IMG/VR virus record: IMGVR_UViG_3300035661_000010
DNA from: a virus
Length of the DNA stretch: 64,000 bases
Strand: one strand, 5' to 3'
Positions 59,122 to 64,000 of the stretch are shown here, piece by piece. The notes under the pieces are model-generated. The model was not told where the DNA came from. It was given only the letters and a program-made list of their open reading frames with translations, and made no database searches. The position numbers were made by a program, and so were the translations under genes. Each line of letters opens with the position of its first letter. Position 1 is the stretch's first letter.

Positions 59122-59577
59122 ATGGCCATCGGTCGACCTCCCGTTCATGGACGGAGCAAAACTCCGGAACATATTGCATAGGTTGCGATGAAGCAGCGCT
59201 GTTACAACGTCAACCATGCTGACTATGCCAGGTATGTCGGTCGCGGAATCAGGGTCCATGCACGCTGGCTCGAAAGTTTCGAGGCGTTCCTCGAAGACAT
59301 GGTGGCGAGACCAAGTCGAAGGCACTACTTGGATCGAAAGAAGAATGACGAGAACTACTCTCCAGAGAATTGTCGATGGGCGACGTCCATCGAACAGAAC
59401 AACAACACCAGACTCAATCGTTCGCTGACGTTCAATGGTGTGATGCGCACTCTTGCTGAATGGGCTCGGGAGTTGGGCATTCCGTGGAACACGATTCGAA
59501 ATCGCGTGCGAAGAAATTGGAGCACCGAGCGCGTGCTTACAACTCCGAAGGGTAGGTACTCGTGGCAGAACGGCTGA
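59122..59577 (+). pseudogene. HNH-type endonuclease with an in-frame TAG at 59179-59181
   Basis: MAIGRPPVHGRSKTPEHIA*VAMKQRC has a stop where this family has Trp. The downstream part (GRGIRV...LDRKKNDENYSPENCRWAT) is intact. Confidence 0.7.
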
Positions 59578-61448
59578 GTCAGAAGGCGCTGGGATGGATT
59601 CGAAAGTCGTTCCAGCGCGAGCAGGAGGTCCGCCGCGAACTGGGCCCGCGGCGCCCTTACTTCGATCCATCAGGGCGCGACTTCAACCTGATGTCGATGT
59701 ACGGGTACGACGTCGTCGGCGACTACCTGAAGCTCGACCACGATCTGTTCACGCGCTTCTACGACTACGAGGAGATGGACGACTACCCGGACCTCGCCGC
59801 CGCCCTCGACATCTACGCGGACGACTCCACGTGCATGGACGCGGAGAAGAAGAAGTCCATCTGGATCGAAGGCGATGACGCTGACGTTGTCGATGGCCTC
59901 AACTCGATGCTGGGGCGCACCCGAGCAGAAGAGCAGGTCTGGGAGCAGGCCCGGAGTCTCTGCAAGTACGGGAACAACTACGAGGAGATGCTCGTCAACG
60001 ATCAGGGCGTGCAGGCGCTTGCGTTCATGCCGCCGGCCACCGTTCGTCGTATTGATGGGATCAAGGGCGAGAACCTTGGATTCGTGCAGTCGTTCTCGGG
60101 AGACTTTACGGTCGATCCGACTCAGTTCGGCGATCTGCTGAACTCCCCAGACATGCAATCAGGTGGTGAGTCCGCGATCGCGCTCGAGGGCTGGCGTATC
60201 TCGCACATGCGCATCAGGAGCAAGTACCGAGCTGCGATGTATGGACACTCGGTCCTAGATCCGGCCAGATGGATCTGGAAGCGACTCATGCTGCTCGAGG
60301 ACGCGGTTCTGATCTACAAGCTGACTCGCTCCCCAAGCCGATACGCGTTCTACATCGACACCGGACGCCTTCAGGGAGACGAAGCGCTCGCGTACACAAA
60401 TCGCGTGGCGCAGATGTACAAGAAGAAGAAGTTCGTGAACCCGAAGACGGGGCAGCTCGATCTTCAGTTCAACCCACTTGGCTACGACGAGGACTTCTTC
60501 CTGCCAGTCGGAACGGACGGCCGCGGTTCGAAGATCGAAGTGTTGTCGGGTCCGACATTCCAGTCGATGGAAGACGTCGAGTACTTCTTGAAGAAGCTCT
60601 TCGCAGCGATCAAGATCCCGCGTGCGTACCTCGGATTCAGCGAGGACATCGCAGCGAAGGCGACCCTGTCTCAGCAGGACGTTCGTTTTGCGCGCACCGT
60701 TCTTCGCATCCAGAGGGAGATCAGAAACGGTTGGAGGAAGATCGCGGAAGTCGATCTGGCTGCACGCAACATCGATCCGCAGCACGCGAAGTTCGACGTC
60801 ATGATGAGCGTTCCGAGCTCGCTCTTTGAGATGGGCCAGATGGAGGTCCGCAACTCGCGAGCTGCACTCGCATCGGCCATGGAGCGAAACGTCTCCCAGT
60901 ACTGGATCCTCCAGAACGTCTACGGGATGAGCGACGACGAGATCAAGGTCATCATCAAGCAGCGCCGTCAGGAGAAGCTCGAAGATGCGAAATGGGACGC
61001 CGAAGTCCAGCGCGCCATGCAGCTCGGCATGGAAGGTCAGCCAATCCTTGCGGTAAGCAAAGAGGGTGAGCCTGTTCCGAACATCCCGCTGCCGTCTGCG
61101 CAGGCGGACATGGCCTCCGCGGATTCGAGAGAAACCCAGATCGGTGGCGGCTCTGCACCGAAGCAGCTGATGCCGCATGGGTTCGCTTCGGAGTCGCGTC
61201 GTCAGCGCACGGTGACGATCCATCCGCTTGCCCGATCCAACCTGAGCATGCTTCCCCGCCGTGGCAACGGTGTGATCACAGAGCGCGAGCTGATGTCGGG
61301 TCGGCCCGGGGATGAGCGCGACGCGCGAGCCGAGCTGGAGCGCGTCATGAGTCGGAATCCGACCCTCGTGGCATCGATCGAAGAGTCACGAAAACTGCTG
61401 AAAGAGCTGGCCGCAAGCCAGCGCTACCAGCGACACGACCGCAGGTAG
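59562..61448 (+). CDS. portal protein (T4 gp20-like)
   Basis: YEEMDDYPDLAAALDIYADD, YGHSVLDPAR, LLEDAVLIYKLTRSPSRYAFYIDTG, EDFFLP, DVEYFLKKLFAAIKIP and DVRFARTV. Confidence 0.93.
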   Translation: MAERLSQKALGWIRKSFQREQEVRRELGPRRPYFDPSGRDFNLMSMYGYDVVGDYLKLDHDLFTRFYDYEEMDDYPDLAAALDIYADDSTCMDAEKKKSIWIEGDDADVVDGLNSMLGRTRAEEQVWEQARSLCKYGNNYEEMLVNDQGVQALAFMPPATVRRIDGIKGENLGFVQSFSGDFTVDPTQFGDLLNSPDMQSGGESAIALEGWRISHMRIRSKYRAAMYGHSVLDPARWIWKRLMLLEDAVLIYKLTRSPSRYAFYIDTGRLQGDEALAYTNRVAQMYKKKKFVNPKTGQLDLQFNPLGYDEDFFLPVGTDGRGSKIEVLSGPTFQSMEDVEYFLKKLFAAIKIPRAYLGFSEDIAAKATLSQQDVRFARTVLRIQREIRNGWRKIAEVDLAARNIDPQHAKFDVMMSVPSSLFEMGQMEVRNSRAALASAMERNVSQYWILQNVYGMSDDEIKVIIKQRRQEKLEDAKWDAEVQRAMQLGMEGQPILAVSKEGEPVPNIPLPSAQADMASADSRETQIGGGSAPKQLMPHGFASESRRQRTVTIHPLARSNLSMLPRRGNGVITERELMSGRPGDERDARAELERVMSRNPTLVASIEESRKLLKELAASQRYQRHDRR

Positions 61449-61608
61449 CCGTTCGCTCAAGGTAGTGTGGTTCAGAAGCCGTACTGTGCATCCGTCGTGT
61501 GCACGCGGTTTCTGTAAGATCGCGTCTTCTTGACTATCGAGCCAGGTTACGAATACTCGTTTCTGACGATGCTTGGTCACAACCGACTAAGCCACATCGG
61601 AGGATTCG

Positions 61609-63174
61609 ATGAACGCTAACGGTCGGAACATGACCTCTCTCGCTGAAGACTTCCGCCAGCTCGGCATGGACCCGACAGGCAAACCGCTCAACCAGCTCCG
61701 TGAGGATGTTCAGACCTCTGGTCACGGGACGAGCTACCCGTCCCCCGGCCAGGTCATCAAGCCCGGCGTCCGCAACCCGGACGATTCGAAGGGCGAGACG
61801 GACCCGAATCACGCCGAGGCATTCGCGACCCTGGAGCGCCGTCTCCGTCGTTCGACCCTTCGTCGCGAGGGTGCGGATGCGGACATGGAGCTGAAGCCGG
61901 AGGATGATGCGGATGGCGATCCGGAGAACGAGGGGGACGAGGAGATGCCCAAGGCAGAGTCTCGCCGCCGCGCTCGCCGCGTGCGTGCCGAGGGAGCATT
62001 CCCGGGCGCCGCACCGCCGTTCGAGGATGACATGGATCAGGAAGAGGGCGACGAAGAAGAGCCCGAGGATGAGGACGACGATGAGATGGAGGGTGATGAG
62101 CCCGAAGTCGAGGGCCGTCATGCCGAAGGCGACGAAGAGGAGCCTAAGGACGAAGACGACGAAGAGGAGCCCAAGGGCGAAGACGACATGCCGCCCGAGA
62201 AGGTGGACGTCGGCGAAGTCCGCATCGTGATGCCGAAGGGCAAGAAGATCGCCGAGTGCCGTCGCGCAGCGTACCGCGGTGCGAAGTCGATCTCGGAGAG
62301 CCTGAAGCGTGATCGCCTGGTCCAGGCATCCCGCCGGCGCATCGGCAAGATCGTCGAGTCGGTCTTCGGCGTCAGCCGCAAGAACACGAAAGACGCGCGC
62401 CTTGCCGAGATCCGCGCCCTCACGGAGGCGATCAAGGCACCGACCACCCGCTTCGACGACTTCGTCGATCGGTTCAACGCGATGGCCAACCTCGACGAAG
62501 CCCTCGTTGTGAAGTTCGCCGAGCTCCACGGTGAGCTGGAGATGCCGCGCCGCTGGCCGGTGTCCTTCAAGACGCTTGCCGAGGCGAGCCTGTCTCGTGC
62601 CGCTGACTCTGCGCACACGCTACGCGAGATGAGCCGCATCCGTTCGAAGCGCCTCACCCGCGCCGAGTCGAACCTGCTCGAGGAGCGCCTCGTCAAGTTC
62701 GGCAAGGAGCAGCGTGTCGCCTTCGGGGCGCTTACCGCTTCGCTTGCCAGCGCTCGCATGCTGGAGAGCGTCGATGATCTTCCTGGCGTCGAGCATGAAG
62801 ACGATGACGAGGACCAGGAGGAGTCGGCCGATGCCGCCGGCAAGAACATCGGCACCATGGGCGACGTTCCCGAGGATGACGATGAAATCCATGCCGAGAG
62901 CGCCTCCGATGACGGCAAGCCGTACGCAGAGATGGACGGCGACGAGATCCAGAAGGAGATGACCGCGCTCTCCAAGAAGATGGAGGCGGCCAAGGCTCGC
63001 ATGAAGGAGTGCGGTCCCGGCATGAAGGAAGACGGTCGCATGCCGACCGACGACCATCTCCATGACGAGGCGAGCCGTCGTAACCGATACGAGGACACCG
63101 AGGAGCCGATCAATCCGGAGCTGCCGTATGGCGAGAGCCGCCTGCGCCCTCGCACGACCCCTCGGCGTCGCTGA
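61609..63174 (+). CDS. acidic prohead core/scaffolding-like protein
   Basis: Lies between the portal and the protease. Has D/E-rich tracts and many hydrophobic-x-E-(S/A) sites. Confidence 0.6.
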   Translation: MNANGRNMTSLAEDFRQLGMDPTGKPLNQLREDVQTSGHGTSYPSPGQVIKPGVRNPDDSKGETDPNHAEAFATLERRLRRSTLRREGADADMELKPEDDADGDPENEGDEEMPKAESRRRARRVRAEGAFPGAAPPFEDDMDQEEGDEEEPEDEDDDEMEGDEPEVEGRHAEGDEEEPKDEDDEEEPKGEDDMPPEKVDVGEVRIVMPKGKKIAECRRAAYRGAKSISESLKRDRLVQASRRRIGKIVESVFGVSRKNTKDARLAEIRALTEAIKAPTTRFDDFVDRFNAMANLDEALVVKFAELHGELEMPRRWPVSFKTLAEASLSRAADSAHTLREMSRIRSKRLTRAESNLLEERLVKFGKEQRVAFGALTASLASARMLESVDDLPGVEHEDDDEDQEESADAAGKNIGTMGDVPEDDDEIHAESASDDGKPYAEMDGDEIQKEMTALSKKMEAAKARMKECGPGMKEDGRMPTDDHLHDEASRRNRYEDTEEPINPELPYGESRLRPRTTPRRR

Positions 63175-63301
63175 AACGCGAGGCGTTCGAAGACCCGGCA
63201 CTTGATCGGATCGAACGCAGCGCAGCTCGGAGGGCCCGAAACTCCCCTCCGAGCCCGATGGGGCGACTCAAGAAAAAGCGGCCTGTTCCACCTACTCCGA
63301 A

Positions 63302-64000
63302 ATGACCATGACCAAGAACATCACCGAGAATCGTCGTGATCGTCAGGGAGCACTCCTGATGGATGCGTTCGAGTTCCGTCAGATCGGCCCTCTCACCGAG
63401 AGCACCGATTCGGCAGGGCAGCGGAAGGTTACTGGCAAGGGCACCTTCGGAATGGTGGACGTTCCCACCGCCAACGGACGCCTCTATCGGCGGACGTTGA
63501 TGGATCGGGAGATCAACCGGCTTCGAGAACAGATCTCGGCTCGCAAGGTATACGGCGAGCTCGATCATCCCGCAGACGGAAAGACCCTCATGCAGAGGGT
63601 CAGCCACCTGATCACGTCTCTGGAGATTCGTCCGGACGGCGTCATCTACGGCGAGATGGAAGTCATCCCGGGTACGCAGCAGGGCCAGAACCTGCTTGCC
63701 ATCCTGGAGGCGAAGGGTGCAGTGGGCGTGTCGTCGCGAGGCTTTGGCACAACGACCAAGGATGCGAACGGCAACGACGTCGTCAACGACGACTACACGC
63801 TCATGACGTTCGATGCGGTCGGTGATCCGGCAGCGGCGAGCGCCTATCCAGAGTTCAAAGGTGTTGGTGGCGCGTCGTCATACGGCGAGAGCAAGGAGTT
63901 CGATCAGATGGACATGCAGGAGCTGAAGCAGAAGCACCCCGCTCTCTACGAGAGCATCAAGAAGGAGGCGATCTCCGCTTCTGCCACCGCGATCGCGGAG
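63302..64000 (+). CDS. prohead core protease (T4 gp21-like) with C-terminal extension, 3' truncated by the window edge
   Basis: Translated by hand (not in the ORF track): TANGRLY, YGELDHP, RVSHLIT, GVSSRGFG, YTLMTFDAVGDPA...AYP. The frame is open to the window end. Confidence 0.93.
   Translation, partial: MTMTKNITENRRDRQGALLMDAFEFRQIGPLTESTDSAGQRKVTGKGTFGMVDVPTANGRLYRRTLMDREINRLREQISARKVYGELDHPADGKTLMQRVSHLITSLEIRPDGVIYGEMEVIPGTQQGQNLLAILEAKGAVGVSSRGFGTTTKDANGNDVVNDDYTLMTFDAVGDPAAASAYPEFKGVGGASSYGESKEFDQMDMQELKQKHPALYESIKKEAISASATAIAE

Noticed and set aside
1-64000. Genome-wide stop-codon reassignment (TGA or TAG)
   Set aside because: Conserved genes are full length in code 11 and end in TGA, TAG or TAA at the expected positions with coupled starts. 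I noticed only one clear in-frame TAG, in a mobile HNH gene.

Overview
This is a 64 kb, GC-rich (about 60% by eye) fragment of a large tailed dsDNA bacteriophage. Almost every gene is on the + strand, and many genes are translationally coupled through ATGA/GTGA overlaps. The right end is a T4-like head module: terminase large subunit, gp20-like portal, an acidic scaffold, and a gp21-like prohead protease that runs off the window and is missing from the ORF track. The left 15 kb is the most unusual part. It clusters a WbqC-like protein, a GT-B glycosyltransferase, a radical SAM/SPASM enzyme, a C5 cytosine methyltransferase, a PhyH-type 2OG-Fe(II) dioxygenase, a PIG-L deacetylase, two GNAT-fold proteins, a divergent PurD-like ATP-grasp ligase and a ParB-domain protein. 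I interpret this as a candidate multi-step amino-sugar/amino-acyl hypermodification pathway, probably acting on DNA. The middle carries cell-wall and protease genes, nucleotide-pool genes (ThyX, dNMP kinase, HD nucleotidase, dUTPase), virion proteins, four HNH genes (two broken), a DUF2829/Tad2-like protein and many small hypothetical genes. It also has a tRNA-like gene with an 8-nt anticodon loop containing UCA, and an unannotated ~170-nt highly structured intergenic element with a T-loop. Several dispersed small ORFs share an N-terminal leader resembling a capsid-targeting/prohead-protease signal. All family calls come from motif recognition by eye; no database search was run. The host is unknown, and a myxobacterial host is only a weak guess.
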